This document shows positions 20,636-29,544 of a stretch of DNA of 64,000 nucleotides, piece by piece. The notes under the pieces are model-generated. The model was not told where the DNA came from and searched no databases. It saw nothing but the letters and a program-made list of their open reading frames with translations. The stretch comes from an uncultured Actinomycetota bacterium. Its GTDB lineage: Bacteria; Actinomycetota; Actinomycetes; Propionibacteriales; Nocardioidaceae. Every line of letters starts with the position of its first letter. Position 1 is the first letter of the stretch. A program made the translations under genes and the position numbers. The stretch is taken from positions 90 through 64,089 of the forward strand of contig CAVXDJ010000017.1 in the NCBI GenBank assembly GCA_963760555.1, written 5' to 3'.

Positions 20636-20845
20636 GTGCCGAGCAACGGCCCGCAGGAGCCCTCCCGTCTGGTCGGGCTCTACGTCGGCACCGCCGCCGG
20701 GGCATTGACCGTGCTGGGTCTGCTGCTGCGTCTGGCCGTCGCCGACGACGCAGCGGGGCCGGTGACGATCCTGCTGCTCGTCACGGGACTGCTGCTGGTG
20801 ACCCTCGGCCTGCGGGGCATCGCACGCGAGAGGGCTCGGCGGTGA
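20636..20845 (+). CDS. Small two-helix membrane protein
   Basis: 69 aa with two hydrophobic segments; stop overlaps the next start (GTGA). Confidence 0.55.
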   Translation: MPSNGPQEPSRLVGLYVGTAAGALTVLGLLLRLAVADDAAGPVTILLLVTGLLLVTLGLRGIARERARR

Positions 20846-21021
20846 GGGGAGGCAAGCGGGGCCTGCTGGCCCTCGGGGTCCTGCTGGCTCTCGGTGGGAT
20901 CACCGTCGTCGTGGTCTCCCAGGTGACCGGCTCGGGCTGGTCCGACGGGGGGATCGACGGCATCGTCGGGGGGCTCCTGGTCGCGCTCGGCATCGTGGTG
21001 GCGCAGCGCGCCCGCGGTTGA
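20842..21021 (+). CDS. Small two-helix membrane protein (59 aa, absent from the ORF track)
   Basis: MRGGKRGLLALGVLLALGGITVVVVSQVTGSGWSDGGIDGIVGGLLVALGIVVAQRARG; GTGA coupling to the upstream ORF. Confidence 0.55.
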   Translation: MRGGKRGLLALGVLLALGGITVVVVSQVTGSGWSDGGIDGIVGGLLVALGIVVAQRARG

Positions 21022-21048
21022 CCGGAGCATCGGACGGGCGTGGGAGGC

Positions 21049-21885
21049 CTACCCGAGAGCCACGAGGGTGACCGCCCCGGCGCACAGCGCGAGGCCGATC
21101 GCCTGGGCGCGGTGGACGCGCTCGTGCAGCAGCGAGGCCGCGAGCAGCACCGTGAAGGCCGGGTAGAGCGAGGTGACCACCGCGCTCACCGCGAGCAGGC
21201 CCGACCTCGTCGCGAGCAGGAACAGCACCGTCGCCGTCGCCCCGAGCAGACCCGAGAGCAGGCCGACGTACGCCGCCCGCTGACGGGGCACCCAGGTCTC
21301 CCGCAGGACCGCGGCCACCACCGCGACGACCGCGGCGCCGACGACCTGGTCCAGCGCGAGCGGGAGCAGGCCGGCGTCCGTGTCGACCTGCGCGAGGGCG
21401 GCGAAGAGAGTGCCGAACCCGGCGCCGGCCAGCAGGCCGTCGCCCACCCCGCGCGTCGACGGCACTCGTGCGTCCGATCCGGCCGGCTCACCCGAGACCA
21501 GCCAGATCGCCGGTGCGGCCACGACGATGCCCAAGACGGCGAGGAGGCCGGGGCGTTCCCCCAGCGCCAGGCCCGTGGCCACGGGGACCGCGGCGGCCAC
21601 GACCCCCGAGACCGGCGCGACCACCCCCATCCGCCCGGAGGACAGCCCGCGGTAGAGGAACGCCGTGCCCACCCCGTTGCCGACCCCGGCGACGACGCCC
21701 CACGCCCAGTCGGCGCCCCCGGGGCTGCCACCGCCGTGAAGGGCGAGGACCAGCACGGCTGCTGCGCCCCCCACCTGGGACATCAGGGCGACGGCCCAGG
21801 CCGACGCGCGTCCGGCCCCGACCCCGCCGAGGAAGTCGGACAGGCCGTAGGTGAGCGCGGCGACCAGCGAGAGGAGCACGGCCAC
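21049..21885 (-). CDS. EamA/DMT family transporter
   Basis: About 10 TM segments; YGLSDFLGG, GRMGVVAPVS, SLYPAFTVLLA..LLHER motifs. Confidence 0.9.
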   Translation of the reverse strand: MAVLLSLVAALTYGLSDFLGGVGAGRASAWAVALMSQVGGAAAVLVLALHGGGSPGGADWAWGVVAGVGNGVGTAFLYRGLSSGRMGVVAPVSGVVAAAVPVATGLALGERPGLLAVLGIVVAAPAIWLVSGEPAGSDARVPSTRGVGDGLLAGAGFGTLFAALAQVDTDAGLLPLALDQVVGAAVVAVVAAVLRETWVPRQRAAYVGLLSGLLGATATVLFLLATRSGLLAVSAVVTSLYPAFTVLLAASLLHERVHRAQAIGLALCAGAVTLVALG

Positions 21886-21935
21886 GCGCGGGTCCTCGTC
21901 TCCGGGTCTGGGTGAGCGGGTGGGTCAGGACGCGA

Positions 21936-21969
21936 CGACGGCCCCGGACAAGGGTGTCCGGGGCCGTCG
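21936..21969 (-). terminator. Stem-loop downstream of the small Zn-finger-like gene
   Basis: CGACGGCCCCGGACA-AGGG-TGTCCGGGGCCGTCG, perfect 15-bp stem. Confidence 0.7.
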
Positions 21970-21989
21970 GCGTCTCGACGTCGGGCTGG

Positions 21990-22217
21990 CTACTGGCCGC
22001 CAGCGGTGCCGGAGGGGGAGCGCGTCAGCTTGTGGGTCTCGTCGACCAGCGTCACGGCTACCTCCTTCAGCTTGTCCTCGTGCTCGCGCGCGTGGTGGGC
22101 GCAGAACAGGAGCTCGCCACCCGCCTGCACGGCGACACGAAGGTAGGCCTGGGCACCGCAGCGGTCGCAACGGTCTTCGGCGGTGAGCGGAGCACTGGGG
22201 GCTACTGCAGTCGTCAC
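21990..22217 (-). CDS. Small CxxC/CxHH metal-binding protein (DUF7455-like)
   Basis: LTAEDRCDRCGAQAY...LLFCAHHAREH; GAGG RBS; lies divergent from parE. Confidence 0.85.
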   Translation of the reverse strand: MTTAVAPSAPLTAEDRCDRCGAQAYLRVAVQAGGELLFCAHHAREHEDKLKEVAVTLVDETHKLTRSPSGTAGGQ

Positions 22218-22253
22218 AACGGCCTCATCTCTTGGTCGGTCGGTGATAGGTCC

Positions 22254-22280
22254 AACCTATCCAGGAACCCCAAGATTCCC
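22254..22280 (-). promoter_or_regulatory. SigR/SigH-type ECF promoter upstream of the small Zn-finger-like gene
   Basis: Minus strand reads GGGAAT-N18-GTTG; overlaps the palindrome GATAGGT-CCA-ACCTATC. Confidence 0.72.
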
Positions 22281-22568
22281 GGCCACAGGTGTCGAAGACC
22301 ACGTTCATCTGATCACGGACCGAGCCTCGCAGGGGTGAACTCCACGATTCTGCTCGGTGCCGGTGTCGCAGCGTGCACGAGCATGTCGGCGCGGGGGTGG
22401 TCCGCCTTGAGGCCCGGAGGGTGCGCCGTCAGCGGGCGTGGCACCGCGCGCCGTCTCGTGGCCCGCCCCGGCCTGGCCTGCGCCGCGCTGACGGCGGGCC
22501 TCGCTAGATTCGACCTGTCGCACCCGACGCACTCATGACGACCCGTCACCCCGCCCCAGGAGCCTGTC

Positions 22569-24629
22569 ATCGACAAGACGTACAACGCCGCGCACCTGCT
22601 CGTCCTCGAGGGTCTCGAGGCCGTGCGCAAGCGGCCCGGCATGTACATCGGCTCGACCGACACCCGCGGGCTGATGCACTGCCTGTGGGAGATCATCGAC
22701 AACGGGGTGGACGAGGCCCTGGGCGACCATGCCCGGCGCATCGAGGTGACCCTGCACCCCGACGGGTCGGCGGAGGTGCACGACGACGGCCGGGGGATCC
22801 CCGTCGACAAGGAGCCTCGCACCGGCCTGCCCGGTGTCGAGGTGGTCTATACCAAGCTGCACGCCGGCGGGAAGTTCGGCGGCGGGTCGTACGTCGCGAC
22901 GGGCGGCCTGCACGGAGTAGGGGCCTCCGTGGTCAACGCGCTCTCCTCACGACTCGACGTCGACATCGAGCGGCCGCCGACACGGCAGGGGATGAGCTTC
23001 CAGCGGGGTGTGCCCGGCGTCTTCGCCGACGAGGGACCCGGCGGGGCGTTCGAGGTCCGTTCGGGGTTGACCCGCAAGGGCGGGCGACTGGCGAAGGGCC
23101 GCACCGGCACCCGGGTCCGGTTCTGGCCGGACCGGCAGATCTTCACCCCGGACGCGACGTTCGTCTACGAGGACCTCCTGAGCAGGGCCCGTCAGACGTC
23201 GTTCATCGTGCCGGGTCTCGAGCTCGTCATCCGCGACGTGCGCGGGCCCGAGCCGGTGGAGGAGAAGTTCCGCCACGACGGCGGCATCGCGGAGTTCGCG
23301 CAGTTCCTCGCCCCCGACGAGCCGGTGACCGACGTCGTGCGCCTCCAGGGCCACGACACCTTCAAGGAGACGGTGCCGCTGCTCGACGACGCCGGCCACA
23401 TGACCCCGCAGGAGGTCGAGCGTGACCTCGGCGTCGATGTCGCAGTGCGGTGGGGCACCGGCTACGAGACCACCGAGCGATCCTTCGTCAACGTCATCGC
23501 GACGCCCAAGGGCGGCTCGCACGTCTCCGGCTTCGAGGCGGCCCTGACGCGGACCTTCAACGACACCATGAAGGCAGCCAAGGTGCTGCGCGTCAACGAC
23601 GCCGACGTGACCAAGGAGGACGTCCTCGAGGGCATGACCGCGGTCGTGACCGTGCGGCTGGCGGAGCCGCAGTTCGAGGGCCAGACCAAGGAGATCCTCG
23701 GCACGCCGGCGGCCCGAGCGATCGTGCGCAAGGTCGTGGCCGCGGAGCTCAAGGCGTTCCTGACCTCGACCAAGCGGGTCGAGAAGGCCCAGGCCAGACT
23801 GGTGATGGAGAAGGTCTCCGCCGCGGCCAGGACGCGCCTCGCGGCCCGTGCCCAGCGCGACACCCAGCGCCGCAAGAACGCGCTGGAGTCCTCCTCGATG
23901 CCGGCCAAGCTCTCGGACTGCCGCGACAACGACAACGAGCGCACCGAGCTGTTCATCGTCGAGGGCGACTCCGCCCTCGGCACCGCCAAGTCCGCGCGCG
24001 ACTCCTCCTTCCAGGCCCTGCTGCCCATCCGCGGCAAGATCCTCAACGTCCAGAAGGCCTCCGTGGGCGACATGCTGAAGAACGTCGAGTGCTCCTCGAT
24101 CATCCAGGTCGTGGGGGCGGGCTCCGGACGCACCTTCGACCTCGACGCGTGCCGCTACGGCCGGATCATCTTCATGGCCGACGCCGACTCCGACGGCGCC
24201 CACATCCGGTGCCTGCTGGCCACCCTGTTCTTCAAGTACATGCCCGAGCTGGTCACCTCGGGGCGGGTGTTCACCGCCGTGCCCCCGCTGCACCGCATCG
24301 AGCTCACCAACCCCAAGAAGGGGATGGACAAGTACGTCTACACCTACTCCGACGGCGAGCTGCAACGTCGTCTGGCGGAGCTGAAGAAGCGAGGTGTGCG
24401 CTGGAAGGAGCCGATCCAGCGCTACAAGGGCCTCGGTGAGATGGATGCCGACCAGCTGGCCGAGACCACGATGGATCCCCGCCGCCGTACGCTGCGCAAG
24501 CTCACCGTCGACGACGCCGAGGCGGCCGCGACCGTCTTCGAGCTGCTCATGGGCTCCGACGTCGCGCCGCGCAAGGAGTTCATCGTCCAGGGTGCCTACG
24601 AGGTCGACGTCGAGACCCTCGACGCCTGA
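22569..24629 (+). CDS. parE: DNA topoisomerase IV subunit B (GyrB/ParE family)
   Basis: YNAAHLLVLEGLEAVRKRPGMYIG, EIIDNGVDE, DDGRGIP, EGDSA, PIRGKILN, DADSDGAHI and QRYKGLGEM; first canonical start is GTG 22623 but homology extends to an ATC at 22569 with an AGGAG RBS. Confidence 0.93.
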   Translation: MDKTYNAAHLLVLEGLEAVRKRPGMYIGSTDTRGLMHCLWEIIDNGVDEALGDHARRIEVTLHPDGSAEVHDDGRGIPVDKEPRTGLPGVEVVYTKLHAGGKFGGGSYVATGGLHGVGASVVNALSSRLDVDIERPPTRQGMSFQRGVPGVFADEGPGGAFEVRSGLTRKGGRLAKGRTGTRVRFWPDRQIFTPDATFVYEDLLSRARQTSFIVPGLELVIRDVRGPEPVEEKFRHDGGIAEFAQFLAPDEPVTDVVRLQGHDTFKETVPLLDDAGHMTPQEVERDLGVDVAVRWGTGYETTERSFVNVIATPKGGSHVSGFEAALTRTFNDTMKAAKVLRVNDADVTKEDVLEGMTAVVTVRLAEPQFEGQTKEILGTPAARAIVRKVVAAELKAFLTSTKRVEKAQARLVMEKVSAAARTRLAARAQRDTQRRKNALESSSMPAKLSDCRDNDNERTELFIVEGDSALGTAKSARDSSFQALLPIRGKILNVQKASVGDMLKNVECSSIIQVVGAGSGRTFDLDACRYGRIIFMADADSDGAHIRCLLATLFFKYMPELVTSGRVFTAVPPLHRIELTNPKKGMDKYVYTYSDGELQRRLAELKKRGVRWKEPIQRYKGLGEMDADQLAETTMDPRRRTLRKLTVDDAEAAATVFELLMGSDVAPRKEFIVQGAYEVDVETLDA

Positions 24630-24701
24630 CGTCGGTCGTCGTGGGCCCCTCGGGTCGGCGAGGTGCGCCGCGGGAGGGCGACCGGGTGGCACCATGGCCG
24701 C

Positions 24702-26429
24702 GTGCCCGCTCCGACCCTGCGCCGCGCCCGCGCGCTGACTGCCGCCTCGCTGGCGGCGTCGCTGCTGGGTGGCCTGGTGGCGTGCACGGGTGATGCTGGC
24801 TCGTCCGACGGCCCCGCCGAGCATGGCGCCTCGAAGGTCGGCGGCCACGCGCAGCGCTCGCCGAGCGAGAAGCTGGGACTCGAGGCCGGGTGGGGTCCCA
24901 CCCGCGAGGAGCTCGACAGGGCGGCCCAGCAGGTGGCTCGGATGAGCACGGGGGAGCTCGCGGGCCAGGTGATCGTGGCCCGCTGGTCGGGGACGCGGGC
25001 ACCGGTCCGACTCGTGCGTGACCTCCATCTCGGCGGGGTCATCGCCTTCGAGGACAACGTGACCTCGCCCGGGCAGCTCCGCTCGCTGACCGCGCAGCTC
25101 CAGCAGCGCTCGGGCCGCCGCTGGCCGGTGCTCGTCGGCGTCGACCAGGAGGGAGGGCTGGTCGAGCGGATCAGGGGCGCGGCGACGCGGTTCCCGGCGT
25201 TCATGGCGGCCGGTGCCGCGGACCGTGCACGCCTGACCCGCACGGCGTACGCCGCCAGCGGGGCCGAGCTGCGATGGATGGGCGTCAACGTCGACTTCGC
25301 CCCCGACGCCGACGTGACGGTCGGTCCGGCCGACCCGGCGATCGGCTCCCGCGCAGCCGGGGATGACCCGGCAGCGGTCGCGACGCAGTCGCTCGCCGCG
25401 GCACGGGGGTTCCTCGACGCCGGCGTGGTCCCGGTCGTCAAGCACTTCCCCGGTCACGGGTCGGTGACCACCGACAGCCACGTCGGCCTGCCGGTCCAGG
25501 ACCGCAGCCTGCGTGCGCTTCGCCGCAACGACCTCGTGCCCTTCCGGACGGCGATCGAGGCCGGCCTGCCGGCGGTCATGGTCGGCCACATCGCGGTCCG
25601 GGCCGTCGACCCCGGGACCCCGGCGACCGTCTCCAAGCCGGTGATCACCGGTCTGCTGCGCAGCGACCTCGGTTTCGAGGGGCTCGTCGTCAGCGATGCG
25701 CTCGACATGGCAGCGGTGTCCTACCAGTCCAAGCCCGCCGTGCGCTTCCTGCAGGCGGGCGGCGACGTGGTGCTGATGCCACCGGACCCCGTCAGGACGC
25801 GCCAGACGATCGTGGCCGCCGTACGCCGTGGCGACCTCGGCAGGCGTGACCTCGAGCGCTCGGCGGCCCGCCTGGTGGCGATGCTGGAGCACCGCGAGGC
25901 CACCTCGCCACGTCGAGGTGGTCCGCCGGGGTCGGCCGGCGACGCCGCCGCCCGGCTGACCGCGGCCGCCCTCACGGTCGCCTCCGGGCCGTGCCGGGGG
26001 CCGCTGGTCGACGGGGCCGTGGTGCCGATGGGAGACCCGGGTGCGGTCGAGATCTTCCGGGCAGCGGCCTCGGCGGCGGGAATGTCTCTCGGCTCGGTCA
26101 CCTACACCCTGCCGCCGCGTCCCCGGCCCACCGGTCGGCGCAAGCAGGACCGGCGTGACCTCGCGCAGTGGGAGGCCATCGAGCCGACGCCGGTCCTCGA
26201 CGGCACCCCGGTCCGGCTCGGGACCACCGACGGCCCCGGCCCGCCCGGCGTGCTCGTCGCGACCGGCACGCCGTACCTGCTGGGCTACCTCGACGCCCCC
26301 GTCGAGATCGCGACGTACGCCGCGACGCCGGCCGCCATGGACGGCCTGGTGGCACTGCTCCAGGGGAGGACGACGGCGCCGGGCCGACTGCCGGTCGAGG
26401 TGACGGGCGTCCAGCGCCGGGGCTGCTGA
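24702..26429 (+). CDS. GH3 beta-N-acetylhexosaminidase-like lipoprotein
   Basis: Lipobox LVAC; VDQEGGLV, KHFPGHG..TDSH and VVSDALDM motifs. Confidence 0.9.
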   Translation: MPAPTLRRARALTAASLAASLLGGLVACTGDAGSSDGPAEHGASKVGGHAQRSPSEKLGLEAGWGPTREELDRAAQQVARMSTGELAGQVIVARWSGTRAPVRLVRDLHLGGVIAFEDNVTSPGQLRSLTAQLQQRSGRRWPVLVGVDQEGGLVERIRGAATRFPAFMAAGAADRARLTRTAYAASGAELRWMGVNVDFAPDADVTVGPADPAIGSRAAGDDPAAVATQSLAAARGFLDAGVVPVVKHFPGHGSVTTDSHVGLPVQDRSLRALRRNDLVPFRTAIEAGLPAVMVGHIAVRAVDPGTPATVSKPVITGLLRSDLGFEGLVVSDALDMAAVSYQSKPAVRFLQAGGDVVLMPPDPVRTRQTIVAAVRRGDLGRRDLERSAARLVAMLEHREATSPRRGGPPGSAGDAAARLTAAALTVASGPCRGPLVDGAVVPMGDPGAVEIFRAAASAAGMSLGSVTYTLPPRPRPTGRRKQDRRDLAQWEAIEPTPVLDGTPVRLGTTDGPGPPGVLVATGTPYLLGYLDAPVEIATYAATPAAMDGLVALLQGRTTAPGRLPVEVTGVQRRGC

Positions 26430-26435
26430 GGCTCT

Positions 26436-26933
26436 TCAGAACCGGCGGTCGAGCAGGCCCGTGTCGACGTCGTAGATGAAGCCGGCCACCTTCACGGTGG
26501 CCGGCACCAGCGGGTGGGTGCGCACCTTCTGCACGTCGTCGGCCAGGGCCTCGAGCTGGTCGCTCACCACGTGGAAGGGCTGCCAGGACGCTTCCTCTCC
26601 CGCCGACTCCTCCACCCGGCGACGCAGCTCGGCCTCGGTGCCGCTGGCCATGGCACACCGGGTGTGCGGGACGACCAGGATGCGCTGCACGTTGAGCAGG
26701 TGCACGCCGAGCACGAGGGCCTCCAGCGCCTCCGGGGTGACGCGCCCGCCGGGGTTGCGGAAGATCTTGGCGTCGCCGAGCCCGAGACCCACCATCTGCA
26801 ACGGCTGGATCCGCGAGTCCATGCAGGTCACGATGGCCACGCCGGCCTTGGCCACACCGTCGAAACCACCGACCTCGGTGGCCGCGGCCCACCGCTGGTT
26901 GGCGTCGATCAGGTCGTCGAAGTCTGCCTCCAC
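26436..26933 (-). CDS. Beta-class carbonic anhydrase
   Basis: CMDSRI, RNPGGR, HTRC zinc ligands and GFIYDVDTG; TATCGT 7 nt before GTG 26933. Confidence 0.92.
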   Translation of the reverse strand: MEADFDDLIDANQRWAAATEVGGFDGVAKAGVAIVTCMDSRIQPLQMVGLGLGDAKIFRNPGGRVTPEALEALVLGVHLLNVQRILVVPHTRCAMASGTEAELRRRVEESAGEEASWQPFHVVSDQLEALADDVQKVRTHPLVPATVKVAGFIYDVDTGLLDRRF

Positions 26934-26974
26934 GCCCCAGACGATACAGCCCGGAGAGCCCGCGGCGAGAGGTC

Positions 26975-28759
26975 TCAGGGCGCGGAGCGCACCAGCTCGC
27001 TCGTGTCGACCTCGCGGGTCCGCGCACCGCGGAGGAGCACCACCGCGAGCAGGGCCGCGGTGACCGCACAGACCGCCGCACCGGCGAAGACGGCCTGCTC
27101 CTGGCCGACGCCGGCCGCGGCGATCAGGTCGGAGTAGGCCTGGCAGCGTGTCCGCCCGTCGCAGACGTCGACGACGTCGGGCAACGGGTTGGCCTCGAGG
27201 TAGGCGTAGTAGCGGCGCAGGCCGAGGGCGGTCAGGGCCGAGATCCCCACCAGCATCCCCACCATGCGGGCGACGACGACCGACGCCCCGGCCAGCCCGT
27301 GCACCGCCGCGTCGGTGCTGGCCAGCACGGCGGCGTTGACGGGGGCGAGCGCGAGGCCGAAGCCGAGCCCGCACAGGACGAGGGTCGCATCGGCGCCCAG
27401 GCCCGGCAAGGTGTCGACGTCCCACCGGGTCATCGACACGAACGCGACCGCGGCGGCCACCATCCCGAGCGCGGTGACGCCCCCGGCCGACCAGCGCCGG
27501 GTGAGGTAGCCGCCGACGACGGCACCGACGGGCAGCGCGACCAGGAAGCGCACCAGCACGAGGGCGGCCGAGAGCTGCGAGTCGGGGTAGGCCGTGGTGC
27601 GCGCGAACAGCGGGATGTCGACGACGGCGGCGATCAGGGCCGCCCCGATGAAGAAGCTCACGAGCCCTGCGCCCCAGGCCGGGCGCGCTCGCAGCGCACC
27701 ACGGGGCACCAGGGGGTTGCTCGCGCGCCGCAGGTGCACCACCAGCGCGACCGCCGCCAGCGCCGAGCCGGCGAGGTAGGCCCAGCCCTGGTCGGCGAAG
27801 ACCTGGATCCTGGGGTCGGCCGTCGAGAAGGCCAGGATGATCCCGCCCAGCGTCACCGCGAGGTACGTCGCGCCGACGACGTCGGCCTCGCGGGCACTGC
27901 GCCACCAGTCCGGCAGGTCGAGCAGGGGCCGTCGAGCCGTGAGGCTGCGGGCCACGAAGCCGAGCAGGACGACCATCGCCGCCACCCCGACGGGGGTCAG
28001 CCACCGGCCACCGGGCACGAAGCCGATGAACGCGCGGCCCCACGTCAGGTCGCGCTGCAGCCCGGGCGGACGCAGCACCGTCAGCGCGGCCAGTGCGGCG
28101 CCGACCGCGAGCAGGGCGAGCCCCGGCCAGTCGAAGCGCCCCCGCGGGGCCGGGGCTGCTCGGCTGGCTGCTCGGCTGGCGGTGCGGTCGCGGGCCAGGG
28201 CCCGCACGGCGAGTGCCAGCAGCACCCCGACCGCGAGGTTGAGCACGAAGATCGTGCGCCAGCCGGACACCGCGAGCACCACCGCACCCAGCAGCGGCCC
28301 CAGCACGCTGCCCGCCTCCTGGACCGCGGAGACGATGCCCAGCGGCACGCCGCGGCGGTGCACCGGGTAGAGGTCCGCGACCAGCGCGAGCGTGGCCGGG
28401 ACCAGGCCACCACCGCCGAGCCCCTGCAGGAAGCGACCCGCGACCATGCTGGGCAGGTCGTAGGCGAAGGCCGTGACCAGCGAGCCGACCGCGAACACGA
28501 CCAGCGCGGCGACCAGCACCGGGGTGCGTCCGCGCAGGTCGGCGATGCGTCCGATCAGCGGCAGCATGGCGACGTAGCCGAGCAGGAAGCCGGAGATGAT
28601 CGGTGCGGCCCGCTGGAGCTCCTCGGCGGAGACCCCGGCCGCAGCCCCCATCTCGGGCAGCGCCAGCACCACGACGTAGGTGTCCGCGGCGGCGAAGGCC
28701 ACCGCGACGGCGGCGAGGCCGAGCAGCAGCCGCGGACGCGAGCCCGGCGCCTGGTTCAC
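26975..28759 (-). CDS. MFS drug transporter (P55/Rv1410c-like)
   Basis: AADTYVVVLAL, IISGFLLGYVAMLPLIGRIADLRGR and RFLQGLGGG; follows an LprG-like lipoprotein gene. Confidence 0.88.
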   Translation of the reverse strand: MNQAPGSRPRLLLGLAAVAVAFAAADTYVVVLALPEMGAAAGVSAEELQRAAPIISGFLLGYVAMLPLIGRIADLRGRTPVLVAALVVFAVGSLVTAFAYDLPSMVAGRFLQGLGGGGLVPATLALVADLYPVHRRGVPLGIVSAVQEAGSVLGPLLGAVVLAVSGWRTIFVLNLAVGVLLALAVRALARDRTASRAASRAAPAPRGRFDWPGLALLAVGAALAALTVLRPPGLQRDLTWGRAFIGFVPGGRWLTPVGVAAMVVLLGFVARSLTARRPLLDLPDWWRSAREADVVGATYLAVTLGGIILAFSTADPRIQVFADQGWAYLAGSALAAVALVVHLRRASNPLVPRGALRARPAWGAGLVSFFIGAALIAAVVDIPLFARTTAYPDSQLSAALVLVRFLVALPVGAVVGGYLTRRWSAGGVTALGMVAAAVAFVSMTRWDVDTLPGLGADATLVLCGLGFGLALAPVNAAVLASTDAAVHGLAGASVVVARMVGMLVGISALTALGLRRYYAYLEANPLPDVVDVCDGRTRCQAYSDLIAAAGVGQEQAVFAGAAVCAVTAALLAVVLLRGARTREVDTSELVRSAP

Positions 28760-28769
28760 CGGCTCGCGC

Positions 28770-29540
28770 TCACGGAGCGACGATGTCCTGGGTCGTGCCG
28801 TACTCCGTCAGGTCCACGGTGTAGGTCATCGAGGCGCTGTCGGGGTAGAAGATGCCGGTCAGGGTCGCCTGACGCAGCTCGCCGTTCTCGGCGATCGCGT
28901 AGGACACGTCGAAGTCGCCCTCGGCCGAGGGGATGAGGTTGACCATCGTGCTCGCGGCGACCGTGCCGGTGAGCTCGGTGAGCACCTCGGTGTTGTCGGC
29001 GCCGCCACGCACCGTGTCGCCCTGCTCGACCCCGGTGGTGGCCGGCAGCAGCGAGGAGACCCCGTCGTCGGGGTCGATCAGGCCGGCGGGGTCCGGGGCG
29101 CCGTAGTCGCCGGGGTCCACCTCCTGGAAGCCGGGGGTCAACGGCACCTCGGCGTAGGTCGTCTGATCGACGCCCACCACGGGCACCTCGACGCTGTTGC
29201 CCAGGAGAGTCACGCTCAGGGTCCCCTCGAACGCGGGCGCGCTGGTCAGCACGCCGTCGGCGCCCGTCAGCCCGTTGACCCCGTCGGGCAGGTCGGTGGT
29301 GGACAGGGCGAAGGCGACCCCGGAGGTCTCGTCGAGCGTGGTCTTGGCCAGCGCGAGGACCTCCTCGGGCGTGGCCTCCCCGGAGCCGTCGGCGTCCGCC
29401 TCGCCGCTCGAGGAGTCCCCCTGGTCGCCCGAGCACCCGCCGACGGCGCCCAGCGGCAGGCCGAGCGCACCGAGCAGGGTCGCGGAGGCGAGGAGCCGGC
29501 GTCGGGCGGGGGTACGTCGGCGGGAGCATCCGGGGCGCAT
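28770..29540 (-). CDS. LppX/LprAFG-family lipoprotein
   Basis: Lipobox VGGC; APDPAGLIDPDDGVSSLL motif; pairing with the MFS gene mirrors the lprG-P55 operon. Confidence 0.82.
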   Translation of the reverse strand: MRPGCSRRRTPARRRLLASATLLGALGLPLGAVGGCSGDQGDSSSGEADADGSGEATPEEVLALAKTTLDETSGVAFALSTTDLPDGVNGLTGADGVLTSAPAFEGTLSVTLLGNSVEVPVVGVDQTTYAEVPLTPGFQEVDPGDYGAPDPAGLIDPDDGVSSLLPATTGVEQGDTVRGGADNTEVLTELTGTVAASTMVNLIPSAEGDFDVSYAIAENGELRQATLTGIFYPDSASMTYTVDLTEYGTTQDIVAP

Positions 29541-29544
29541 GTGT

